Shown here: one piece after another, positions 12,088 through 24,493 of the stretch | Numbering within the stretch: position 1 is the first letter of the stretch | How the letters are laid out: every line of letters starts with the position of its first letter | Source of the DNA: Mobula hypostoma | Taxonomy: Eukaryota | NCBI RefSeq assembly: GCF_963921235.1 | Contig: NC_086097.1 | Location: 72,728,001-72,792,000, forward strand | Direction of reading: 5' to 3' | DNA: 64,000 nucleotides | Notes under the pieces: generated by a model | Told to the model about the DNA's origin: nothing | Databases searched by the model: none | What the model saw: only the letters and a program-made list of their open reading frames with translations | Position numbers and translations under genes: made by a program

Positions 12088-13920
12088 TGCCATTTCTGTG
12101 TAATTGTAAACTATCAGACACAATTATAGCTTCCTCTATTTACTCATTGGATTTGTTGAGTTCCATAGGCACACAGGTTTAGCAGGTGACTGGTGACGGA
12201 TTCTCACCAGAAAGAGTCATGATAAAATTTAGAATTGTTATTAAGACATTGAAAAATAGACCAAAGTTGCCATTCCTGATCACAGTTCTATAACCCCTGA
12301 CTGGAAGAGATATATTGATTTTGGATTCAATGCTGCAAAGCCTGCTGTGATGAAAAGATCAAATTGTCCATTGCCAAGGATGAAACAATTTAAGGATGTA
12401 AAAAACAGGGATCCAATGTAATAATGGAGATTAGCATTGTATATAGAACCATACCCCAAAAAAGAGAGACAGCAGGAGAGTAAGGAGATGCAAATAAAAG
12501 AGCATCACAAAATGGAAGGAAAGCACAATTTCCTTGTACCACATTTTCTAGTAAGCCAATAATTTTAGAGCATTGACCAGTGTTATATCTATTAGTCTAC
12601 TGTATTATGTTGGAAAGACCTTTATAAAGAACAAAGTAAGGAACATTTGGAGTTGTTAAAATTTATTGCCTAGAAACTCTATTGCACCCATTCTGACCCC
12701 CTGCATACTTCCATGAAAAGAGATTTCAAAGCATGTTTTGAGGCAGCATATCAAGAAGGTTAGGACCTACAAAGAAAAAGCAGACCATTTCACACATACA
12801 GTAAGTAACTATAATTCTCTCCAGTACTCATATTTTGATTGCACTCATAGCTTGAAACACAGGTAACAGTGTGATGGATATTCACTTCCTGGGCCAGAGG
12901 GCCTCTTATTTTTTTGACAAGCTTAGGTTTTTACACACAGCAGATGCCATTTATAAAGATCAAACAGTTGTAAGTTATACTTACAACGATATAAATTGTT
13001 TTGCTTCTGGTCGTAAATAGGAGCCAGTCTTCAGTTCTTAATGCAACTGCAAAGCCATACGCAGCTAGAAGTTGAAAAAATACAGCTTTGCAAACAAGCC
13101 CTGTTTATAGCACAGGATGCTGGCCAAAGCACCAGTCTTATTGTTGCAGCAGTGCAGTATAAGGCAATGGGTTATTTAATTTGGCTTGTTTCAAATAGAC
13201 AATGCTGGCTAAGTTGTTCTGTTCAAGGAAGCTTGCCGACCAGATGGAGACAATCATTTAGCACATCAATAACTAATCTATTAGTTAGTTTGAAGGTTCA
13301 TGGACTCAGGGAAGTTAGCTTCACAGTATTAGATATAGCTACCTGGGATCTGTGTTTCCATGATGCTTTTAGATTTGCATTAAAAGGTATCTGAGAAAAT
13401 ATCACAGGTGAAATCACCCAAGTGGCAAAGCTGTTCATGCTTATTGGGAATAGGGTAAGGAACATCAAAAAGTATAAAGAAAAACACGGGATGAACTGGA
13501 GTTCGTTCCTCCGTCTTCGATTTAACACACCAGGTGACTGGTTCATCTGCAACTCGGGGGTATGTCTTTTTAGCTTATAAGAATTGTAACCATGTCCTAG
13601 ATGTTCTTTGTTGTTTAAAAATGGTTTGTAATGGCGGAGCAGACCTGATTGGCCAAATGGCCTATTTCTGCTCCAATATCTTATGGTCTAATTTGGAGGG
13701 ATTTTATAAGATGGAAGTCCTCTGAGAGTTTTAAATGTGTTTTAAGAATGTTGTTTGGATTTAAATGCGTATCACTGAAAATAAATGAACTGTGTTCAAA
13801 TAGGCTTAAGGTTTTTGTCTGAGTTTACAACTTCACGGTCAGCAAACCCAATACCATCAGAATGGTAAATAAGAGTAAAGACTGATCAAGACTGACAAAA
13901 AGCTGAGATAAAAATGTCAA

Positions 13921-14124
13921 CACAAGGAAATCTGCAGATGCTGGAAATTCAAGCAACACACACAAAATGCTGGCGGAATGTAGCAGGCCAGGCTGCATCT
14001 ATAGGAAGAGGTACAGTCGATGTTTTGGGCCGAGACCCTTCGTCAGGCCCGAAACGTCGACTGTACCTCTACCTATAGATGCTGCCTGGCCTACTGCGTT
14101 CCACCAGCATTTTGTGTGTGTTGC
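13921..14124. mobile_element. Fold-back mini-element made of two inverted PLE termini
   Basis: Arms 13953-14030 and 14047-14124 are near-perfect reverse complements. TSD ATA(A/G)AAATGTCAA at 13908-13920 and 14125-14137. Confidence 0.9.
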
Positions 14125-16274
14125 ATAGAAATGTCAAATACATTTCAAACAACAAAATACTCTTAAAATTAATCTAGATCTTGATTAAACATGGTTGACT
14201 TTTAATGCTATTTAATTGCACCTTTAGTAAATTTACTGCTCTATTGTCTTGAATTTGTTCATTGCATCCTCCCTCACTGTTGATGCAAGATTAACCATAA
14301 TTGCCTATGGTCAACTAAAAACCATTTTGCTCACTAACACTGATTTTTGTAACCACATCTTGGATGATCATTAGGCAATTTGCTTGCAGTGAACCATAGG
14401 TCATGGTTTGTTTAGTCATTTCACACCACGCATTAGTAAGAGGTAATTGGCTACTTAACCAGAGATGAAACTTTGAAATAGTTTCCTGAAAAACTTGAGC
14501 TGGAGAATTTGTTTGATTGACCATTTTGTTACTGTTAAGATTAAACTAGATGTTGACATTAGATTCTCTCTTATATTTAATAAAATTTGTGATAACCATA
14601 AATATTTTCTTAATTTAAAACATCTATTTGAAAACCTCTGAAAATAGAAGTCAAAGTATTCAATAAAATAACAGCAGTATACCAGTGAAAGTCTAAAACT
14701 GTTACAGCAGAAATTTACAATTCTATCAGGAAAGATGTAGGATTTAATAATATTTGTATGGAGTCGGCATCTAACTGGCAGCCAAGTCTTCTCATTGTTC
14801 ATTCAGGCATTATCACTGGAACTGTCAGTTTCTGTGAAATAAAGATTGTGACAAAATGAAACATGATAGCATTCTTGGTAAGGAGCAGATAAATTTGTGA
14901 TAATATTCTTATCACAGAAACTACACAAGTGGTCATGATTTTCATGGACGAATGCCTTTCCTGTTATAGTAGCCAATTTCATAGAGCAAAAAGGCATATA
15001 TGTAATGATTTGAGCCCCAGGGAAATTAGAACTATTTTAAAGAAAACATAGTTGCTCCCCCTGCCTCATGGTCATGACAGGAGCAAATATTGGGAGTGAT
15101 AATATTTCCTCTGATTATGCCCATGAGGTATATGCATCTATAGCTTTGCGTATTGGTGACTGTCAATTCTGAAAGCTTCAGAAGTAACATCTTCTTTGCA
15201 TTTAAGTGCAAACTCTTCAATGTTTCAAACGAAAGGCAGTTGATATGTTTTATTGTGCTTTGTCTGCTTTTTGGTTGTGTGCTGTTCGATCCAGTTGACC
15301 TTGGGTGGATGATGATGTGACTTGGCATTAATAGCCAGATAATTACTTAGTCAGCTTTTAAAGTTAACATTGGAAATACCATAACTTCTTCAGTGAGGAA
15401 TTCAGGAATGAAAAATGCCTATGTTCTGTGTAAACTCTTGAAGTAATAAACACAATGTTTCAAAAATGAGGGTTTTGTCAATAAGCAAGAAAATTCAACT
15501 GCATTGCACCAAAACAAAACTGGCTGTTTTTTAAAAATTACTTTGTTTACAGTTATTGGTCAACTAAAGAGGTTGCTTTATGCTAAAACCTGTGGTGTTT
15601 AATAATAACTTAATGATTTAAGTAGATGAAGATTATGAAATAATTATTTTTCTATTGATTGGCTGATTTGAACTTGCTTCAATTTTGCAAAATTGGATCA
15701 GCATGCAGCATGAATTCTATGCCTCTAATTTGCTTTTGCATGAAGTCAGCTTAATATTTCTGTTTTATTGAATTATCTAATCAAAGTTATTATGAAAGAT
15801 GTTGTCAGCACACCATTAATGTTAGTGTGGAATAATTCCCTGTGTGGGTGGCCTTGCTGGTCTATCACTAGAGAACCTACAGTACAAGGGCAAATTAATT
15901 GAGGTAAAGGGTGAAAATATTTGGGGGCGGCTGTTTTTCTGCACTGCTTGAGTTTGCTTTTCACTGAATTGGGAAGTGGATTCCAAGTAATTAGGCTGTG
16001 AATTTCATGCCACACCCAAATCAAATTAATAAATTTCACTCCAAGGGAGAAGAAAGAAAATAATCATTGACATCTCAAATAAGGTAGTATCATTAAAATG
16101 TTTTTTATTAAAAGTGCCCTTTCCTACATTTAGAAAGGAACAAGGAACAAGAAACATTTCCATGGGCATTCTTCCAATTCTGCAGCCGACACTAAGTAAG
16201 ACAGACTGGTAGGAGTGCTACAGATGTTCCTTTGATCAGCATGCTTCCAGAGATGAAATTGTTGAAGAAAAGTC

Positions 16275-17963
16275 TCTTTGCACGACTTCAAAGCCAAATG
16301 TTGTGGCTCCGCCAACATCGCGGCTTCTCTCCCAGATGAGCTCAATCACTTTTATGCTCATTTCGATGTCACTAACCCTGAGCCTCAGAGGAAAGCCACC
16401 GCTACAACCTGCAACCTGGTCATCTCTGAGGCTGCGGTACGCAGATGTTTCCAGCGAGTGGACAGTCGCAATGCTGCAGGACCAGGTGGCATCCCAGGGC
16501 AAGTACTTAGGCTGTGCACAGCACAACTGGCAGGCATCTTTACTGACATTTTTAATCTCTCCCTCTCCCAGTGTAGAGTACCCTCCTGCTTCAAATTATC
16601 CACCATTGTCCCTGTACCAAAAAAGACCAAGGTAACATGCGTGAACAACTGCATCAATAATAAACAAATCAATAATAAGCAAATGCTTTGAGAGGCTGGG
16701 CAAGGATTACACCCGCAGCCCTGCTACCACCCGAACTGGACCACTTACAATTTGCCTACTGACACAACTGATCAACAGATGAACCAATAGCCACTGCTCT
16801 ACACACCATCCTTACACACCTGGAGAAGAAGGATGCTTACGCGAGAATGCTGTTCTTGGACTACAGTTCAGCATTCAACATCATAGTTCCATCCAGGCTC
16901 GACACGAAGCTCAGAGACCTCGGCCTTGACCCTGCCTTGTGCAGCTGGAACCTGGACTTCCTGTCAGATTGCCAGAAGGTTGTAAGAGTGGGCTCCCTCA
17001 CCTCCAACCCTCTGGCTCTCAATACAGGAGCCCCTCAGGGCTGCGTGCTGAGTCCCCTCCTTTACTGCCTATATACCCATGACTGTATTGCCACCCACAG
17101 CTCCAATCTGCTAATTAAATTTGCCGACAACACTATATTGATTGGCCTTATCTCAAACAATAACGAGGTGGCAACAGGGAAGAAGTCATCTCTCTGACAC
17201 AGTGCTGTCAAGAAAACAACCTCTCCCTCAATGTCACAAAAACAAAGGAGCTGGTTGTGGATTACAGGGGGAATGGAGATGGGCTAACCCTGATTGATAT
17301 CAATGGATCTGGGGTTGAGAGGGTAAACAGCTTTAGGTTCCTTGGCATCTACATCACTGATGACCTCACATGGTCTGTACACACCAGCTGTGCGGTGAAA
17401 AAGGCACAACAGTGCCTCTTTCACCTCAGAAGGTTGAGGAAGTTTGGTATGGACCCCCAAATCCTAAGAACTTTCTACAGGGGCACAATTGAGAGCATCC
17501 TGACTGGCTGCATCACTGCCTGGTATGGGAACTGTACCTCCCTTAATCTCAGGTCTCTGCAGAGAGTGGTGCGGACAGCCCAGTGCATCTGCAGTTGTGA
17601 ACTTCCCATGATTCAAGACATTTACAAAGACAGGTGTGTCAAAAGGGCCCGAAGGATCACTGGTGACCTAAGTCACCCTAACCACAATCTATTCCAGCTG
17701 CTGCCATCCGGGAAATGGTACTGCAGCATAAAAGCCAGGACCAACAGGCTCCGGGACAGCTTCTTCCACCAGGCCATCAGACTGATTAACTCCCACACTG
17801 ATGTGAGTGTACTCTATATTACATTGACTATACTATCTATTATAAATTATTATAAATCACTATGATTGCATATTGCACATTTAGTTGGAGACGTAACGCA
17901 AAGATTTTTACTCCTCATGTATGGGAAGGATATAAGGAATAAAGTCAATTCAAATTCAATTCA
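16275..17963 (+). mobile_element. Rex1/Babar-clade LINE, 5'-truncated RT pseudogene
   Basis: Motifs LPDELNHFYAHF, MLFLDYSSAFNII, GAPQGCVLSPLLY, KFADNT and RTNRLRDSFFHQAIRLIN, ending in AATAAAG(TCAAT)n. Confidence 0.93.
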
Positions 17964-18242
17964 AAGGATAGACATATTTCATTTAAAAATTCTGCAACTT
18001 TGTTTTATTATTTAGCATCAGTTCTTATAATTTCTGCACTGATTATCAGGAGCAAGAGTGGAAAGGAAGTACAAGGATATATTAAAATGTGATTGGAAAG
18101 GTCATTTTAGAGTAGCTTTAGAAGCTGAGGAAAAATAAAAAAAAATGCATTTATACAAAATGTTTCACATCTCATGGCATCTAGAAACAGTTCAAATCTA
18201 TTATATATGTTTATAAATGAATGTAGTAGAAGAAATAGGAAC

Positions 18243-18527
18243 CAGTAGTGTAGCATTTAGCGTGATGCTACTACAGCTCAGAGCATGAAAGTTCGGATTG
18301 AATCCCAGCACCCTCTGTAAAGGGTTTGTACATTCTCCCCATTAAATTCGTGGATTTTCTCTGGGTCCTCCGGTTTCCTCACACAGTCCAAAGACAAACC
18401 GGTTAGTAGGTTAATTGGTCGTTGTAAGTTGTCCCGTGATTAGGTTTGGGTTAAATCAGGGGTTTTGGGGGTTGCTGAGCCGGAAAAACTATTCCATACT
18501 ATATATCTATAGAAACAAATAAATAAT
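18243..18527 (+). mobile_element. tRNA-headed V-domain SINE (HE1-like)
   Basis: Degenerate A/B boxes (TAGTGTAGCATTTAG; GGATTGAATCCC), V-domain GGGTCCTCCGGTTTCCTCACACAGTCCAAAGAC, and an A-rich end. Confidence 0.8.
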
Positions 18528-19134
18528 CAGCAAGTACCCACAACCAGCAATCTGATAATTTTTCTGGAAGGATCTATATTGACCAGAACACTAGAGAAAA
18601 GAAGGCCCTACCCAATCCAACAAGTGAGATTTTGGTTTTGCATCATATCGGTTAAGAAAAACTAATTTTATACAGTAACTACAGTCACATATAGAGAAGG
18701 GTAAGACGTAGTGTATTCCTGGAACAAATCATTAGTGCCTTCCATTATCTGTTAATTAGCTCTGCATTTCCTATGTCCTTTTCTGTATACAAGGCATGTC
18801 CTCTAGTGTCAATCTGCAGCACAAGTGTCCCCAAATCTAAAACAGATCGGGGATCTGTTTTATTTGGGATATCAGAGTGAGGGTAGTAAAACTGGAAAGG
18901 AAGAGAGAGTTCAGCAAGAACCTAATCATCCTGTGTGCATATATGATTGGATTCCCAAGGCTTGTAGATGCTGAATCCGGAAAAAATAATCCTTGATTAT
19001 GTTGTTGGCTCATGAGCTGGATCCCAAGTGATGTGGCTTGCAACCGAATTATGCCCTCTCAGTTCTGTAATGGCAGGAAAAAAAGTACAAATGTTTTAAG
19101 TTATTTATTAATAAATGTTACTTGTTAAGTTTCA

Positions 19135-19516
19135 GGATCAGGATAGAAGAATGAGGGGAGGTTTGACTGAGGTATACAAAATCATGACGTATAAATAGGG
19201 AGAATGTAAGCCAGCTTTTTCCACCGAGGTTGGGTAAGACTAGAAGTCATGAGTAAAAGGTGAAATATTTATGGTGAACATGAGGGGGAATTTCTTCACT
19301 CAGAGGGTTGTAAAAATGTGGAACGAGCTGACAGAGGAAGTGGTGGTTGTGAGTTCGATTTCTACATTTAAGAGAAATTCAGATAGGTACATGGATGGGA
19401 GGGTATGGAGGGCTATGGTTTGGGTGTAGGTCAATGGAACTAGTCAGCTTAATGGTTTGATATGGACTAGATGGGCTGAAGGGCCTGTTTCTGCACTGTA
19501 GTGCTCTATGACTCTG
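19135..19516 (+). mobile_element. CR1 LINE 3' fragment
   Basis: Degenerate MRGxLxEVYKIM and FFTQRVV..WN coding, CR1 3'UTR and (CTCTATGA)n tail. Confidence 0.85.
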
Positions 19517-21377
19517 TCTGGTAATCCGTGGAAAGGCATTATTTATTGTCCCTGAACAGAGTAGCTTGCTCTGTTTTCAGAGCCAATGGCATAGACATGA
19601 GAGTAAATTTACATATACGCTAGACTAGGTAAAGGGACAGACCTCAGTGAAGCTATTTTTCATAGCTATTCAGTAACTTTGTGATCAGTATCACTAAGAT
19701 TAGCTGTCTTTTTAAACACAGTATTAAACTTGGGTCTTAGCATTATTTAGCAGCCCCATAAATTACCATCAGTAACTCAGCTATTGCTAAACCTTACCAA
19801 GGCAGGAGAGAGAAACGTGCACTCTGGCAGAGAAGAAGCATAACAAATTGTAATTTGAGGTACTGAGACAAGAGCATAGAAATGCATTTTGAATAAAGAT
19901 TCCTTGTCTCTGAATATTTCAGTTCTTTTTGTGATTCAGCTCTTGACGTACAAATTATAAGCATCCTAATGTATAAAAATATTATTGGATGACGCCAAGG
20001 TACTCAAATAAAATAAATGCAATCACTGTCACAAAAGGAGGGTGAGTGTCACATGAACAAAATCCCTGTGATTGAACCTCACATGATCAAATCGTCAACA
20101 TTTTGTTGAATCAGAACTCACAGCCATCCAGCTTCACTTGTGCCTGGATACAGTACAGTGCTTTGGAGAAATGTAATGAGTTCTATATTTTTAAGTTAGC
20201 TCTACGTGTTGCAATTAATGCATAAGTTAGATCAACGAGTTGTCATTAATGCAGATTGACCAAGAGCAGAATTAGGATTTTAGGCCCATCAAGTCTGATC
20301 CATCATTTGATCATGTTTTACTTATCATCCCTCAACTCCATTCTCTAGCCTTCTGCCCGTAACCTTTGAGCCCTGACCAATCAATAATCTATCAACCTCC
20401 GCTTTAAGTATTCTCAATGACTTAGCCTCCACAGATGTCTATGCAATGATTTCAACAGATTCACTATCCTCTAGCTAAAGACTTTCCTCCTCATTTTTGT
20501 TTTAAATGAATGATGCTATATTGTGAAGCTATGCCCTCTGGTCATTGACTCCACCACTGTAGGAAACATCTCCATATCCTCTCTATCTCAGTCTTTCAAT
20601 ATGCAATAGGTTTCAATGAGATCCCCCCTCATTCTTCTAAACTCCAGCAAGTACAGACCCAGAGCCATCAAACACTCCACAAAGGATAACCCTTTCATTC
20701 CCAGAATCATTCCCGTGAACCTCATCTGCACACTCTCCAAAGCCAGCACATGTCAGGAGCTCAAAACTGCTCACAATACTCCACTGTAATCAGACCAATG
20801 CCTTATAAGATCCTCGCTTTTATATTCTAGTCTTCTGGAAATAAATGGTAACATTGCATTTGCCTTCCAGCTCATCCCACAAGTTAACCTTTAGGGAATC
20901 CTGAACATGGACTCAACAAGTCCCTTTGCACCTCTGAACTTTGAAATTTCTCCCCATTTACAAAATAGTCTACACCTTTATTCCTTCTATCACAGAGCAT
21001 AGCCATACACTTCCCTACACTATATTCCATCTGACACTTCTTTGCACATCGTCCCAATCTGTATAAGTCCTTCTGCATACTCACTGCTTTCTTAACACTA
21101 CATGCCCCTCCACCTATCGTCACATCTGCTATGTTTTGTAACTGCTACACATTAAATTAATACAAAGGAAGATTTGAGAGACTGAAGTGTTAGTCGAACT
21201 TCATGTTTAAGCGAGGCATTTGTATCACATGGTAGAAGATGATGTATGCAATTTTTATACATATAACCCACAGTGAATTATTTAAATGTACAAGAACACT
21301 TAAACAACCAAAAGATATACAAGGTTCCTAAAATATTTCAAAAAATTAAATACACGACACTCCTCCCTACTTACTCA

Positions 21378-22346
21378 ACCTTCTCTTTGTGATTTTTATA
21401 AATGACCTGGATGAGGAAGTGGAGGGATGGGTTAGTAAATTTGCTGATGACACAAAGGTTGGGGGTGTTGTGGATAGTGTGGAGGGCTGTCAGAGGTTAC
21501 AGTGGGACATCGAAAGGATGCAAAATTGGGCTGAGAAGTAGCAGATGGAGTTCAACCCAGGTAAGTGTGAGGTAGTTCATTTTGGTAGGTCAAATATGAT
21601 GGCTGAATATAGTATTATTGTAAGACTCTTGGCAGTGTGGAGGATCAGAGGGATCTTGGGGTCCGAGTCCATAGGACACTCAAAGCTGCTGCGCAGGTTG
21701 ACTGTGTGGTTAAGAAGGCATATGGTGCATTGGCCTTCATCAATCGTGGGACTGAGCTTAAGAGCTGAGAGGTAATGTTGTAGCTATATAGGACTCTGGT
21801 CAGACCCCACCTGGAGTACTGTGCTCAGTTCTGGTCGCCTCACTACAGGAAGGATGTGGAAACTCAAGAAAGGGTGCAGAGGAGATTTACAAGGATGTTG
21901 CCTGGATTGAGGAGCATGCCTTATGAGAATAGGTTGAGTGAACTTGGCCTTTTCTCCTTGAAGCGGCAGAGAATGAGAGGTGACTTGATAGAGGTGTATA
22001 AGATGATGAGAGGCATTGATCATATGGATAGTCAGAGGCTTTTTCCCAGGGCTGAAATGGCTAAGATGAGAGAGCACAGTATTAAGGTGCTCGGAAGGTA
22101 CAGAGGAGATGTCAAGGGTAAGTTTTTTATGCGGAGTGTGGTGAGTGCGTGGAATAGGCTGCTGGCAATGGTGGTGGAGGCAGATACGACAGGGTCTTTT
22201 AAGAGACTCTTGGATAGGTACATGGAGCTTAGAAAAATAGAGGGCTATGGATAACCCTAGGTAAATCCTAAAGTAAGTACATGTTTGGCACAGCATTTGT
22301 GGGCCAAAGGGCCTGTGTTGTGCATTAGGTTTTCTATGTTTCTATA
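21378..22346 (+). mobile_element. CR1 LINE 3' fragment nested in Gypsy copy 1
   Basis: KFADDTK, MEFNPGKCEVVHFG and ERVQRRFTRMLPGL, with a (TTCTATGT)n tail. Confidence 0.95.
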
Positions 22347-24457
22347 TACACATACACAGTATACTATATAATACACCTGCCATACTGGCAAGCAAAACAT
22401 AGTAAATTTAAAATTGTTCTTTTCAGGCCTACAGAATTAATTGCTGTGGAGGATTTGTTAGACTTGCAGGATAATGTCTTTCCTGATAAGGGGAATCACA
22501 CTGCTTGGCAGATGAGACCTGTGGCTATAAATTAATCTCAGGCCTGGGGCCTCCTCAATCATGGTTACAGGAGTTGACTCTGAGACTGTTAGAAGTGATT
22601 CTGACAGTACTGGACACCTTCCTTCTTCCTTTTTGTTCATCTAGTTTGTGCATCTTGATCTCTGGAAGGTGCATTTAGTTCACTGGAGTCTTCTCTTATT
22701 AATCCTTCTATTGTTCTCTTTACAATCTGATCTCTCTTCTTGGTTTCCTCATTCACAACATTGTCCTACGAACCCCTCTGTTTTCATATCTCTATTGACC
22801 CATTTCTATTTGGCCTTCCATTTATCCAGCTGGGCTTTGGTCTTTGCATCTACTTTTGTAAGCAGCTTTTTGTCCCGTACTCGAAGTTCATGCAATAACC
22901 TTATTGCACACAATGTAGATTCTGGTTATTTACATTCACAAAAGCTGAAAGCTTACAACTTCCCTGAAGTTCTTTGCACTCTCTTTCAGCTTAAAACCAA
23001 GCCATATTTCACAAGTAACTGCCTGATTAATATATCAGAAGCTTTCTCAGATATGTTGCCTAAAAAACTGTTGTAGCCAGATTGTTGATTTTGTCACTTT
23101 CATAATTCCTCATAGCAACACGGTCCTTCCTTGGTCCAATGTTCTTTCCAGCCAGAGGTACTGAGGTTGGCACCAATGCCTGAATGACCTCTGTTGGGCA
23201 ATGGTTCATGATGTACAGCATGGAAACAGTTATGGCATCATCCAGTACCTTTCTTAATTTGCTTTCAGTTGACTCTGTTGCAGGAGATATGGCATGCAAA
23301 CGGTGGATGGAATTTCAATCAAGTTGTATTTGTCTCAGCCAATCATGTCTCCAAAATGCTGGTCCTCCTATTTCTACTACATGCACGCTCAATGTGGATT
23401 GTTGGTTGTTGTATTTCACTGTCATGAAGGTCATTCCCACAGGAGTTACCTTTACTTCAGTGTAGTGTTTTAGTTGCCTACCTGCAGAGTTCAGTTTAGT
23501 ATCTCCTTAAAAATGCTGTTCAAATCATTTTGTAGAATGACTGAACCAGCTAAACCAGTGTCCAATTCTTTCTTAATTAATTTGCTGTTCCCTTCTGGTA
23601 TTGCTTGTCTATTGTTAGTTTTCACATTGAAAATCTCAAGGTTGCACAGTCCCGTGTCACTCTCATCATTATCAGATCTTTTATCAACAGCAAGCAGATT
23701 AGTGCTCTTTATGAAACTACAACTTGACTTTTTAGCTTTTTCTTTTCCCTGCACAGTTGAGTTATTGTTCTCTGTCTGACATGCTCTCTGTATGTGTCTT
23801 GCTTTTGCATTTTCTGCAAATGCCATCATTAGATTTGCACTGATCTGGTGTATATGAGCCCCTGCCACAATGATAGCACCATTTTTTTCAGCCAGGCTGG
23901 TTTCTGTTTAGATGTTTCAATTTCATTCCACTCACTTTCATTCCTAACAGCAACTCAATTACATCTCTGTCTGCTATTTCCATTGAAACAGCAATTTCAA
24001 TTTCTCTTTTAAATGAAAGTTGTGCTTCAGTTACAAGCTGCTTTTGAATGCTTCCTTGTAATATTCCACAAATTAAATAATCTCTCAGTGCATCATTAAG
24101 CCCAATATTGAACTGACAATGCTCAGACAATCTCTTCAATTCATCCAAGTATGATGAAATGGAGTCCCCTTCTTTTTGATTCCACTTATGAAACCTAAAG
24201 CATTCTGCAATCAACAATGGTTTTGGTTCTAAACGTTTCTGCATTACTTTTATATTATCAACAAATCTCATTTCTGCTGGTTTGTTTGGACTGGTCAACT
24301 TTGAAGCAAACTTTATTCCCTTAAAGCCAATGCACTCAGCAAAATTGGTACTTGTTTCTCATTCACGAGAAAACCTGCAGATGCTGGAAATTCAAGCAAC
24401 TCACACAAAATGCTGGTAGAACACAACAGGCCAGGCAGCATCTATAGGAAGAGGTAC

Positions 24458-24493
24458 AGTCGACGTTTTGGGCCGAGACCCTTCGTCAGGACT
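24458..24493 (-). ncRNA. Hammerhead ribozyme motif, probably inactive (G12>A)
   Basis: Minus strand reads AGTC CTGACGA AGGGTCTCGGCCC AAAA CGTC GACT. Confidence 0.75.

Noticed and set aside
12722..12806. Possible host exon ending at a GTAAGT donor (EISKHVLRQHIKKVRTYKEKADHFTHT)
   Set aside because: There is no convincing acceptor and no recognisable protein similarity.
21784..22296. Long antisense ORFs over CR1, Rex1 and PLE copies (this one and many others in the track)
   Set aside because: They are shadow frames of LINE coding sequence with no independent support.
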